64,000 nt of DNA, from assembly GCA_045546415.1 (NCBI GenBank), contig JAZQCS010000092.1:280-64279 (forward strand), read 5' to 3'. Each line of letters opens with the position of its first letter. Within the stretch, counting starts at the first letter, position 1. Position numbers and translations under genes: made by a program. This document shows, piece by piece, positions 1-8,325 of the stretch. Origin of the DNA: Clostridia bacterium (lineage in GTDB: Bacteria > Bacillota > Clostridia > RUG12999). Under the pieces are notes generated by a model. That model was not told where the DNA came from. It did no database searches and saw only the letters and a list, made by a program, of their open reading frames with translations.

Positions 1-1543
1 CACCCATAGCAAGAAACTCTTCTGTTTCCTCCTCATCGTCTGACCAGAACACATTACATTTAATTCCGTGTTCGTGTGCTTTATCTATCATTTCCTGATT
101 AAAATAAGGTTTATATAACTGCACCTTTTCACATTTTAATTCAATTGCTCTGTCAACTATTTCCCACGGTCTGTCCGATAAATGTCCGACGCAAACAGCA
201 ATTTCTGGAGCACATTCTTTAAATTGCTTAATCTGGATGTCAGTTTCCAACATAAAATATACATATTTTTCACAATCATATTTTCTAACAAGTTCAATAA
301 TTTTTTTCATTATGTCATCAGGATATTCTTCAGTATAGGACAAAGGTTTCACATGCACATTCATAATAACATGTCCTGCAAATTTACGGAGAATATCTTC
401 AAATTTCAGAACTTTCATTCCTTTGAATTTTTCTCCGAATTTAATGCCAAAATCAAGCTGCTGAAGCTCTGCCAGGGTTTTATCGGTTATAAAGCCTTCT
501 CCGTTGCTCACCCTTTCAAGCGCATTGTCGTGGCAGGAAACAATTTCCCCATCCTTAGTGGGCCACAAATCAAGCTCAATTTCATCAGCACCCATTGCAA
601 CCGCCGCACCGTAGGCAGGCATACTGTTTTCAGGGGCTATTGTGCTGAATCCTCTGTGGGCGCACACTCTGGGGTACTTCATTGTTTTATCGTCATTTAC
701 AATGGCACTTCCTGCAAAGCGGTACTGCCAGGGTTTTCTGCCAAATTCAATATATTCATAATGTGCCGCATCGGGGTTTCCGAAGCCTGCCGGCTTTAAA
801 TATTTATCCATCGGGTCAAACTCTGCTGTTGCCATGCCGAACTTGCCCTTCATATTTTCAAGAACCTTACCGTAAGGAGAAACCACCATACTTGCACCGC
901 ATATTTCAGAAGCTTCATCAAAGCTGACAGAAGAACGGATTACATAGGCATTGGTATTATATGCCAGGAAACGGCACATAGTTTCAATAGCATCGTGGCT
1001 GTCACTTCTCTGCAAAGAACAGCCGATTATAATATCCACCTTTTCCCGTGCAATTTTGGCAAACGCCTCATAAAAATAAAAATCGTAGCAGGTTAAAAAG
1101 CCGTACCTGAGCCCGTCAATTTCAATTACATAAAGCTCGGAATATTCAAAAGTGTAATCCGAATCAAGCTCCAGGGTGTTCAGTTCAAGGGGCGGCAGAT
1201 GCTTTTTGAAATACTGTCCTGCAAGCTCACCCTTCCGGTTGTATACATAGGTTGTGTTTCTGTAGTTATTGTTAATTTCATAAAGTGCGTTAACAAACAC
1301 AACGGCATTACATCTTTTTGCGGTTTCAACACATTTATCAAGGAGAGTTTTTATGTATTTTTTGTGATAGAAAAGTGTTTCCTCCCTGTCAGCGGTTGCA
1401 CAGGGAACATCGCTGTATTCCGGCAACACTATAATATCAACAGAGCTGTCGCATTTTTCCAGCAGCTTTATTTTATATTCAAAAAGCTCATCCGAACGGG
1501 AAACATCCCTTGAATATGGCGGTTGAATTATACATGCTTTCAT
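1..1543 (-). CDS. Carbon-nitrogen hydrolase / glycerophosphodiester phosphodiesterase (GDPD) fusion protein; partial, with the C-terminus beyond window position 1
   Basis: My own minus-strand translation from ATG 1543 (RBS AAAGGA about 8 nt upstream) gives MKACIIQPPYSRD... The N-terminal ~260 aa look like a nitrilase/CN hydrolase. The later region carries GDPD hallmarks (HRGFSTIAPENS, EIELDLW, CHDN). It is absent from the ORF track because it has no stop inside the window. The overlapping + ORFs (182..799, 682..927, 1199..1513) are judged spurious. Confidence 0.75.
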   Translation of the reverse strand, partial: MKACIIQPPYSRDVSRSDELFEYKIKLLEKCDSSVDIIVLPEYSDVPCATADREETLFYHKKYIKTLLDKCVETAKRCNAVVFVNALYEINNNYRNTTYVYNRKGELAGQYFKKHLPPLELNTLELDSDYTFEYSELYVIEIDGLRYGFLTCYDFYFYEAFAKIAREKVDIIIGCSLQRSDSHDAIETMCRFLAYNTNAYVIRSSVSFDEASEICGASMVVSPYGKVLENMKGKFGMATAEFDPMDKYLKPAGFGNPDAAHYEYIEFGRKPWQYRFAGSAIVNDDKTMKYPRVCAHRGFSTIAPENSMPAYGAAVAMGADEIELDLWPTKDGEIVSCHDNALERVSNGEGFITDKTLAELQQLDFGIKFGEKFKGMKVLKFEDILRKFAGHVIMNVHVKPLSYTEEYPDDIMKKIIELVRKYDCEKYVYFMLETDIQIKQFKECAPEIAVCVGHLSDRPWEIVDRAIELKCEKVQLYKPYFNQEMIDKAHEHGIKCNVFWSDDEEETEEFLAMG

Positions 1544-1728
1544 TTTCGTTTTTCCTTTCTGTTTCCTTTACTCATCCTTCATATTATAATAATTATACAA
1601 TAAACAAGTTCAAATTACAAGATATTTTGCAAAAATGTCAGTTGTTTTTTTGTTAAATTTATGTTATACTTATATGGTTGCAAAAAAATCAGAAAACTTT
1701 ACATAAAATTTTTAAGGAGGCTTTTCCT

Positions 1729-3561
1729 GTGAAAATTGAAAATATCAGAAACATTGCAATTATTGCCCATGTCGACCACGGTAAAACCACTATGGTTGAC
1801 AAAATGCTCAAGCAAAGCGGTATTTTCCGCAGTAACGAGGTTGTTCAGGACCGTGTTATGGACTCCAACGACCTTGAACGGGAGCGTGGCATTACCATTC
1901 TTTCAAAAAACACATCCATTGTTTATAACGATGTTAAAATCAACATTGTAGATACCCCCGGACACGCAGATTTCGGCGGCGAGGTTGAGCGTGTTCTTGG
2001 CATGGTTGAAGGTGTTCTTCTTCTTGTGGACGCTTTTGAGGGTGCTATGCCCCAGACCCGTTTTGTGCTTAAAAAGGCTCTTGAGCGCGGTCTTAAGCCA
2101 ATTGTTGTTGTGAATAAAATCGACAAAAAGGATGCCCGTCCCGAGGAAGTAGTTGACGAGGTTTTTGACCTGTTCTTTGAGCTTGGTGCAAACGACGAAC
2201 AGCTTGATTTCCCGGTTATTTATGCTTCTTCCCGTGAAGGTATAGCCATGAAGGATTTAGATAATCCCCAGGACGATATGACCGACCTTTTTGATGCCAT
2301 TATCGATATGGTTCCCCCACCCGAATGCGACCCCACACAGCCTCTTCAGATGCTTGTTTCCAACATTGATTCCGACGAGTACATAGGCAGAATTGCTGTG
2401 GGTAAAATAAAGCGCGGATATGTTCAGGAGGGCGAAACTGTTGCCATCTGCAAAAAGGACGGCACAGTTGCAAAAGCAAAGGTAAACAAGCTGTTCATTT
2501 ATGACGGCTTAAAGCGTATAGATGCGCCCGAAGTGAAATGCGGTGAAATTGTCTGTATTTCCGGCCTTGGCGATGTAGAAATCGGTGAAACCGTGTGCAA
2601 CATAATGTGTCCCGATGCCCTTCCGGTTATCAATGTGGACGAGCCTACCATCTCAATGAATTTCCTTGTGAATAACAGCCCATTTGCAGGCAAAGAAGGG
2701 GAATTTGTAACCTCCCGTCACCTTCGTGCCCGTCTTTTCAAGGAGCTTGAAACCAACGTTGCGCTCCGTGTTGAGGAAACCGATTCCTCCGACTGCTTCA
2801 AGCTTTCGGGCAGAGGCGAGCTTCACCTTTCCATTCTTATTGAAACAATGCGCCGTGAAGGTTATGAATTCCAGGTTTCCAAGCCTCAGGTTATCCTAAA
2901 AGAAGAAGGCGGAAAAACCCTGGAGCCTTATGAAATTGTAATTGTTGATGTTCCTGAAGAATATGCCGGAACAGTTATTGAAAAGCTTGGCGGCAGAAAA
3001 GCAGAAATGCGCAATATGACCCCCATAAACAATGGTGCTTACAGCCGTATAGAATTCCGTATCCCCTCCCGCGGTCTTATCGGTTACAGAAGTGAATTTC
3101 TGACCGACACAAGAGGTAACGGTATAATGAACACCATTTTTGACGGCTATGATGAATTCTGCGGTGCACTTCCCGGCAGAAACCGCGGTTCCATGATTGC
3201 CTGGGAGGATGGCGAATCCATCACCTACGGCTTATACAATGCCGAAGGCAGAGGCGAGCTGTTCATCGGTGCAGGCGTTAAGGTTTACCAGGGTATGATT
3301 GTTGGCAGAAATGCAAAATCCGAGGACATTGTAATTAATGTGTGCAAAAAGAAGCACGCTACAAACACCCGTGCTTCCGGCTCGGACGATGCACTTCGTC
3401 TTACACCACCTGTTATTATGAGCCTGGAAAATTGCCTTGAATTTATTGCCGATGACGAGCTTGTTGAAATCACTCCCCAAAACATCCGTCTCCGCAAAAA
3501 AATCCTTGATACCGAGCTTCGTGCAAAAGCCGAGGCAAGGGAAAGAAAAGCAAACATGTAA
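1729..3561 (+). CDS. typA: Translational GTPase TypA/BipA
   Basis: [12 protein letters not shown] (G1), DTPGH (G3) and NKIDK (G4) motifs with ~610 aa length are typical of BipA. I place the start at GTG 1729, 8 nt after RBS AAGGAGG (1714-1720) and in frame with track ORF 1678..3561. Confidence 0.9.
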   Translation: MKIENIRNIAIIAHVDHGKTTMVDKMLKQSGIFRSNEVVQDRVMDSNDLERERGITILSKNTSIVYNDVKINIVDTPGHADFGGEVERVLGMVEGVLLLVDAFEGAMPQTRFVLKKALERGLKPIVVVNKIDKKDARPEEVVDEVFDLFFELGANDEQLDFPVIYASSREGIAMKDLDNPQDDMTDLFDAIIDMVPPPECDPTQPLQMLVSNIDSDEYIGRIAVGKIKRGYVQEGETVAICKKDGTVAKAKVNKLFIYDGLKRIDAPEVKCGEIVCISGLGDVEIGETVCNIMCPDALPVINVDEPTISMNFLVNNSPFAGKEGEFVTSRHLRARLFKELETNVALRVEETDSSDCFKLSGRGELHLSILIETMRREGYEFQVSKPQVILKEEGGKTLEPYEIVIVDVPEEYAGTVIEKLGGRKAEMRNMTPINNGAYSRIEFRIPSRGLIGYRSEFLTDTRGNGIMNTIFDGYDEFCGALPGRNRGSMIAWEDGESITYGLYNAEGRGELFIGAGVKVYQGMIVGRNAKSEDIVINVCKKKHATNTRASGSDDALRLTPPVIMSLENCLEFIADDELVEITPQNIRLRKKILDTELRAKAEARERKANM

Positions 3562-3562
3562 T

Positions 3563-3600
3563 AAAACCCGGCGTAAAGCAAGCTTTACGCCGGGTTTTTG
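3563..3600. terminator. Rho-independent terminator between convergent typA and the TM2 gene (bidirectional)
   Basis: Hairpin CCCGGCGTAAAG-caag-CTTTACGCCGGG with an A-run before and TTTTTG after. Confidence 0.8.
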
Positions 3601-3601
3601 T

Positions 3602-3784
3602 TTACGGATTATATGGATTGGGTTTTAACAGAAGAAGAATAAGGTCTACAAACCAACCTATTCCGAAAAGGCCTCCTGTGAACAGATAAATAACTCCAAA
3701 CAGAACCTTTCCTTCATAAAATTTGTGAATACCGAAACCGCCAAAAAAGAAACAAAGCCAGAATGCCACCCATTTACTTTTCAT
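3602..3784 (-). CDS. TM2 domain-containing small membrane protein
   Basis: 60 aa with two transmembrane segments and the GGFGIHKFYEGK motif characteristic of the TM2/NINE family. Confidence 0.75.
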   Translation of the reverse strand: MKSKWVAFWLCFFFGGFGIHKFYEGKVLFGVIYLFTGGLFGIGWFVDLILLLLKPNPYNP

Positions 3785-4021
3785 AATTTGCCACCTTCCT
3801 TTTTTATTTTATCGGGATAATATCATAATATCACAAAATAAACAAAATTTCAAGTGGTTTTTAATTTTTAAAAGTATAGCGATGCCGAAATGCTAACAGC
3901 ATCGCTATACCGAGGGAATTACTGTTCTGTTTAATGTTGACGGGGGCTTGTTTTATTCCCTCATAGTAGAAAATGTTTTTTTCGCGAATTATCAAATAAC
4001 GACATAATTCATCAAAAACTA

Positions 4022-4050
4022 TTGAATTTTTCAAAAAAATATGATATACT
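4022..4050 (+). promoter_or_regulatory. Sigma-A type promoter driving the structured leader and the 4289 operon
   Basis: TTGAAT (4022-4027), 17 nt spacer, extended -10 TGaTATACT (4042-4050). The predicted +1 near 4056 is the first base of a long hairpin. Confidence 0.65.
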
Positions 4051-4054
4051 TGAA

Positions 4055-4230
4055 GTTGCTACACAATCTTCATATTTTTTTCCAAATCGGGAAACACTTT
4101 GTAAAAAGGTGTTTTCCCTATTACTCATACCGATTTGGGCGAGATTGTGTAGCAACAATGTGGGGATTCACTTTTTTTGTGCGTTCTCATTTGTTGACGG
4201 GGGCGCACTTTTTTTATACCCTCAGGTCGC
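4055..4230 (+). other. Structured 5' leader: a 102-nt three-segment perfect hairpin followed by a GC hairpin plus T-run (possible attenuator)
   Basis: The outer stem is 15 bp (4055-4069 with 4142-4156). The middle stem is 9 bp (CCAAATCGG 4082-4090 with CCGATTTGG 4130-4138). The inner stem is 6 bp (AAACAC/GTGTTT). Then GTGCG...GTTGACGGGGGCGCAC is followed by TTTTTTTAT (4181-4219), upstream of RBS AAGGAGG and ATG 4289. Confidence 0.5.
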
Positions 4231-4288
4231 AACATGAATGTCGCGAAAAAAACACGGACCCTTATGAATAAATTTTAAGGAGGATATT

Positions 4289-5263
4289 ATGAGCAATTCA
4301 CAATCATCGCAAATCTCATTGGAAAACATCATTGCAACATCAATCAAAATCCCAGGAGTTAAAGTTGACCGAAAATCCTTTTTGCTCAGCACTTTTAAAG
4401 ATTTTGACAATTTGGAGGAAATATATTCTTCCGGTCCGATTTCAGCCGGTATTACTCAAGAAAAACTGGCTGCTATCACTCAGAAGCTTATTCTCACCAG
4501 GACAAGTCAATCGTCTATTGCCTCTTTTATTGCCGGAATCCCCGGTGGTTTTGCTATGGCTGCGACAATACCTGCAGATGTGTTGCAATTCTTTGGCATA
4601 GCACTTAGGCTGGCACAAGAAATATCTTATATATACGGTTCCGAAGATTTATGGGAAAATGGCGAGGTAAATGACGACATGGTTCGTTCCAGACTAATTA
4701 TGTATTGTGGGGTTATGTTCGGAGTTTCTGGTGCCGTTTCAGGTGTAAGGGTTCTTTCCGCACAACTTGCAAAAACCACATTAAAAAAGCTCCCGCAAAA
4801 AGCATTAACCAAAACCATCTGGTATCCCGTACTAAAGCAAATCGGAAAAGCTATTGGAATAAAAATAACCAAATCAACAGTAGCGCAAGGCTTTTCAAAA
4901 GCAATTCCGTTAATTGGTGGAGTCGTTTCAGGATCTCTGAATTTTGCTTCTATGATGCCTATGGCCAAACGTTTAGCTGAAGCACTTGACAAAGCAGCTT
5001 TCGATTATACATCCGAGGAGATGGAAGCTGATATAATGGTGCTCGAAAATCTTGCAGATTACACAGAGGAAACTGATATTCCTTCTGCTGACGAACAGCA
5101 TCCAAGTCACATAAACTCGTCTGCATTTGTCAATCTCCCGGCCGAAACCAACTCCTTATATTGCAACCTTGAAACAATAAAGAAACTTAAAGAGTTATTG
5201 GATATGGATGCAATAACTCAGGAGGAGTACGATATTAAGAAAAAAGAATTACTTGGTTTATAA
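4289..5263 (+). CDS. EcsC-like family protein with a C-terminal SHOCT domain
   Basis: The central AGIPGGFAMAATIPADVLQFFGIALRLAQEISYIYG motif resembles the EcsC/DUF697-type signature. The C-terminal LKELLDMDAITQEEYDIKKKELL is a typical SHOCT motif. RBS AAGGAGG precedes the start. Confidence 0.6.
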   Translation: MSNSQSSQISLENIIATSIKIPGVKVDRKSFLLSTFKDFDNLEEIYSSGPISAGITQEKLAAITQKLILTRTSQSSIASFIAGIPGGFAMAATIPADVLQFFGIALRLAQEISYIYGSEDLWENGEVNDDMVRSRLIMYCGVMFGVSGAVSGVRVLSAQLAKTTLKKLPQKALTKTIWYPVLKQIGKAIGIKITKSTVAQGFSKAIPLIGGVVSGSLNFASMMPMAKRLAEALDKAAFDYTSEEMEADIMVLENLADYTEETDIPSADEQHPSHINSSAFVNLPAETNSLYCNLETIKKLKELLDMDAITQEEYDIKKKELLGL

Positions 5264-5289
5264 AGTCAATACATAAGGAGGAACCTTTA

Positions 5290-5895
5290 ATGAAAATAAA
5301 AAAAATATTATCATCAATGTTTAAAACAAAGATAGGAATAATCATTTCTGCAATACTTTTGTTATCGATAATCGCAGGTATAATTTTCTTGGCTTCATAT
5401 AACCCCACACCTAATGTGGATGTAACTTTTCTCACTCAGATTCTCCGTGAAAAAAGCGACCTGATTACAGCAGAGCTTAATATAACAAGTGTGACAGAAT
5501 ATAAAGACTCGGGTGTGAAATTCATCAACAAATCGGATTTTATAATGATGGCGAAAGCAACAGTATGGGCAGGGATAGATGTTGAAGAAGTTAAAATAAA
5601 AGCCGATAACGCTAACAAAATCATTTACATATCCATACCAAAATCAACTATTCAAAACGCAAAGGTCGACGAATCATCAATTAAATATTTTGATGAAAAA
5701 GTTTCACTTTTCAACAAAGATGTAAAACAGGATGTCGCGAAAGCCATAGAAGAAGCTGAAAAAAACGCCAAACAGGAAGCTGAAAACTGCGGTCTGCTTA
5801 AATTGGCAGATAAACAATCAGAAATACTCATTAAAGGATTGTTGGCTAATGTCGTTCCGAAAGAATATTCAATCGAAACCAAATTTATCGATTAA
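5290..5895 (+). CDS. DUF4230-like membrane-anchored protein
   Basis: It has an N-terminal TM anchor (IGIIISAILLLSIIAGIIFLA) and a ~200 aa size and composition typical of DUF4230. RBS AAGGAGG precedes the start. It is co-directional with its neighbours, with small gaps. Confidence 0.5.
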   Translation: MKIKKILSSMFKTKIGIIISAILLLSIIAGIIFLASYNPTPNVDVTFLTQILREKSDLITAELNITSVTEYKDSGVKFINKSDFIMMAKATVWAGIDVEEVKIKADNANKIIYISIPKSTIQNAKVDESSIKYFDEKVSLFNKDVKQDVAKAIEEAEKNAKQEAENCGLLKLADKQSEILIKGLLANVVPKEYSIETKFID

Positions 5896-5987
5896 CTACC
5901 TGTTCCTTCTATGTATACCTTGACATACCTCTCAACCAATGATATAATAAAATCATTATCACATACTTTTACGAAAGGATGATACAA

Positions 5988-7136
5988 ATGAAAGGTAATG
6001 TTCTGGTTATTGGTAATTCCGGTGTGGGAAAATCCACCCTGATTAATGCGGTACTTGGTTCAGATGCCGCAAAAACCGGTTGGGGCACCGTCGGTACAAC
6101 CGACAAGCTGGAAATATATTCAAGTGAAAACATTCCGTTTCAGGTTATTGATACCATTGGCTTTGAGCCGGGCTTTATAAAAAAACAGCAGGCTATAAAT
6201 GCCGTAAAAAAATGGTCAAGAAAAAGTGCCTCGGACGGAGCTGAAAACAAAGATATAAATGTTATATGGTTCTGCATTGACGGAACCTCAAGAAAGCTTT
6301 TTGAGGACAGTATAAAAAGCCTTTCTTCTGCTACATCCATGTGGAAATCCGTACCGGTTATTGTTGTTATTACAAAGTCTTATTCCCTGCCTGAGCGTGC
6401 CGAAAACATCGAAATGGTTCAGAACGCTTTTGCAAAGCAGAAAAAATACGAAAATAACCTTCGCAAAATCATCCCTGTTGTTGCAGAGACCTATATGATT
6501 AACGAAACCTCCTTTGTGCCGCCTGAAGGCTTAACTGAGCTTATAGATGTCACAAACGAGCTTATGCCCGAAGGCTTAAAGGCAGCAGAAGCCGATATTG
6601 CAAGCTTTAAGCTCACCCGCAAAAGAGTATTGGCTCAGAGTGTTGTGGGAACTGCAGTTACCGCAGGTACCGTTGTGGGCGCTGTACCCATTCCCTTTGC
6701 GGATGCACTTATACTGAGCCCCCTTGAAATTGCAGAGGTTAACGCCATCGCCAAGGTTTACGGAATAAAAAATGACGAGGATTCCAAGCGGTTTTTAAAC
6801 TCCATAGTTGAAGTTGGAACCGTCAGCCTTGTTGCACGGGCCGCCATAAGCGGTCTTAAAGCTATTCCGGGCTTAACCATTGGTACAAGTGTGCTCAATG
6901 CCGTTATTGCCGCTTTCTTTGTTGCCGCAATCGGTGAAGGCAGCGTTTATGCTTTTGAGCAGATTTATCTCGGCAAAAAGACTGTTCAGGACATAGACTG
7001 GGTAACAAAAATAATAGAATCAAAGCTTTCCAACGACTTTTTGAAGAAAATCCAGGGAATTGTTGCAAATGCCGGTAAAAACATTGATATGAAATCGGTT
7101 ATAAAAAGCATATTGGAATTATTCACAAAAAAATAG
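5988..7136 (+). CDS. P-loop GTPase (MMR_HSR1-like) with a DUF697/YcjF-like C-terminal region
   Basis: GNSGVGKST (G1), DTIGFE (G3) and ITKSY (G4-like). The C-terminal VGAVPIPFADALILSPLEIAEVNAIAKVYG resembles the DUF697 signature. I place the start at ATG 5988 (RBS GAAAGGA 5973-5979), in frame with track ORF 5979. Confidence 0.7.
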   Translation: MKGNVLVIGNSGVGKSTLINAVLGSDAAKTGWGTVGTTDKLEIYSSENIPFQVIDTIGFEPGFIKKQQAINAVKKWSRKSASDGAENKDINVIWFCIDGTSRKLFEDSIKSLSSATSMWKSVPVIVVITKSYSLPERAENIEMVQNAFAKQKKYENNLRKIIPVVAETYMINETSFVPPEGLTELIDVTNELMPEGLKAAEADIASFKLTRKRVLAQSVVGTAVTAGTVVGAVPIPFADALILSPLEIAEVNAIAKVYGIKNDEDSKRFLNSIVEVGTVSLVARAAISGLKAIPGLTIGTSVLNAVIAAFFVAAIGEGSVYAFEQIYLGKKTVQDIDWVTKIIESKLSNDFLKKIQGIVANAGKNIDMKSVIKSILELFTKK

Positions 7137-7138
7137 TA

Positions 7139-7172
7139 AAAACCCGCAACTTTAGTTGCGGGTCATTTTTTA
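7139..7172. terminator. Bidirectional rho-independent terminator between convergent genes
   Basis: Hairpin CCCGCAAC-ttta-GTTGCGGG (7143-7162) with an A-run upstream and TTTTTT downstream. Confidence 0.8.
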
Positions 7173-7787
7173 TACTTTCTCAATTTCACGGTAAAACGGT
7201 TTTACCGTAGCTTCACCTTCGGCAGATATGCCTTCGGTTTTAACAAAAGCCTTCCACACCGTCAGAAAAATAAGCTTAACATCAAGGGAAAAACTGACGC
7301 TTTCAACATATTCCACATCGAGAGCAAATTTTTCCTCCCAGGAAATGGCATTCCGCCCATTCACCTGAGCAAGACCGGTAAGCCCCGGACGCACATCGTG
7401 ACGGTGGCGCTCGGTTTCGTTATACATAGGGAGATATTCAACAAGAAGGGGTCTGGGTCCTACTACGCTCATATCCCCTTTAAGAATGTTAAACGCCTCA
7501 GGCAATTCATCAAGACTCGTTTTTCTCAGCAGCCTGCCGAACCTTGTAAGCCTGATATCATCAGGCAAAAGGTTTCCGTTTTCATCCCGTTTATCTGTCA
7601 TTGTTCTGAACTTGTAAAGTGTAAAAATTTCCCCGTTTTTACCCGGGCGTTCCTGTTTGAAAAGCACCGGGCTGCCAAGCTTTACCCTTACAAGCACGGC
7701 AAGAATAACATATAACCAGGAAAAAACCGTTATTGCAAGCAAGGCACAGACAATGTCCATAAACCGCTTACCAAACTTTCTGTACAT
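7170..7787 (-). CDS. Undecaprenyl-phosphate sugar phosphotransferase (PglC/WbaP C-terminal-like bacterial sugar transferase)
   Basis: ~205 aa with one N-terminal TM segment. Motifs PVLFKQERPGKNG, TLYKFRTM, DELPE and VVGPRP are typical of small monotopic phosphoglycosyl transferases. Confidence 0.85.
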   Translation of the reverse strand: MYRKFGKRFMDIVCALLAITVFSWLYVILAVLVRVKLGSPVLFKQERPGKNGEIFTLYKFRTMTDKRDENGNLLPDDIRLTRFGRLLRKTSLDELPEAFNILKGDMSVVGPRPLLVEYLPMYNETERHRHDVRPGLTGLAQVNGRNAISWEEKFALDVEYVESVSFSLDVKLIFLTVWKAFVKTEGISAEGEATVKPFYREIEKV

Positions 7788-7913
7788 ACCAAAATCTCCC
7801 TTAAAATCAGCTTTTTTTCATATCTCTCTTACTATTATATATTACTTTGTGCATCAATGTCAAGCACAAAAAAAGTTTTTATGAAATTTTTTTAAATTTT
7901 TTTCAAAAAACTC

Positions 7914-7942
7914 TTGCATTTTTAAAACTTTTGTGGTATAAT
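7914..7942 (+). promoter_or_regulatory. Promoter of the tRNA-Arg/tRNA-Ser operon
   Basis: TTGCAT (7914-7919), 17 nt spacer, extended -10 TGgTATAAT (7934-7942), about 18 nt upstream of tRNA-Arg. Confidence 0.7.
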
Positions 7943-7960
7943 AGTAAGCGTTGTAAATGT

Positions 7961-8037
7961 GCGCCAGTAGCTCAGCTGGATAGAGTGTTTGGCTACGAAC
8001 CAAAAGGTCGGGGGTTCGAACCCCTCCTGGCGTACCA
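7961..8037 (+). tRNA. tRNA-Arg (anticodon ACG)
   Basis: I folded the cloverleaf by eye. The acceptor is GCGCCAG/CTGGCGT, the anticodon loop is CTACGAA, the T-loop is GGTTCGAACCC, and the 3' CCA is encoded. Confidence 0.85.
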
Positions 8038-8059
8038 CAACTTTTTTAATTTAATATAC

Positions 8060-8151
8060 GGAGAGATGGCTGAGTTGGCTTAAGGCGCACGATTGGAAAT
8101 CGTGTGTACGTTAGTAGCGTACCGAGAGTTCGAATCTCTCTCTCTCCCCCA
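8060..8151 (+). tRNA. tRNA-Ser (anticodon GGA), class II with a long variable arm
   Basis: The acceptor is GGAGAGA/TCTCTCC, the anticodon loop is TTGGAAA, the variable-arm hairpin is GTACG...CGTAC, the T-arm is GAGAG-TTCGAAT-CTCTC, and the 3' CCA is encoded. Its 3' part contains the putative prophage att core. Confidence 0.85.
8135..8147. repeat. Putative attL core (TCTCTCTCTCTCC) inside the 3' end of tRNA-Ser
   Basis: The same 13-mer recurs at 42506-42518 and, with one inserted C, at 42685-42698 beyond the integrase gene. Confidence 0.45.
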
Positions 8152-8289
8152 AAACATAGAGAAGGTTGTTTTTTGTGCATTTCGTACAGTTTCAACCTTC
8201 TTTTTGTTTGATTTATTGGTGTTTTTTGCAAAAACTTTTTATGTGTTTTATGTGGAAACATTCATTTTGTTACTATTTTTTGTTACTAA

Positions 8290-8325
8290 AACAGGGGGCT
8301 TATAAAAAGTCCCCTGTTCTTTTAT
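8290..8325. terminator. Hairpin terminator shared by the tRNA operon (+) and the prophage late operon (-)
   Basis: ACAGGGGGCTT-ataaa-AAGTCCCCTGT followed by a T-rich stretch on +. It lies immediately past the stop of the 2631-aa ORF on -. Confidence 0.65.

Noticed and set aside
182-1513. Plus-strand ORFs 182..799, 682..927 and 1199..1513 from the track
   Set aside because: They lie antisense to a well-supported minus-strand CN-hydrolase/GDPD gene and have low-complexity, Cys/Phe-rich translations with no RBS. I judge them spurious.
1621-1676. Promoter of typA
   Set aside because: TTGCAA and TTGTTA -35 candidates and a TATACT -10 are present, but none has 16-18 nt spacing. I left it unannotated.
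4193-4222. TTGACG...TATACC as a second promoter inside the leader
   Set aside because: The spacing is only 14-15 nt and the -10 is weak. The module is better explained as the duplicated GTTGACGGGGGC motif and an attenuator hairpin.
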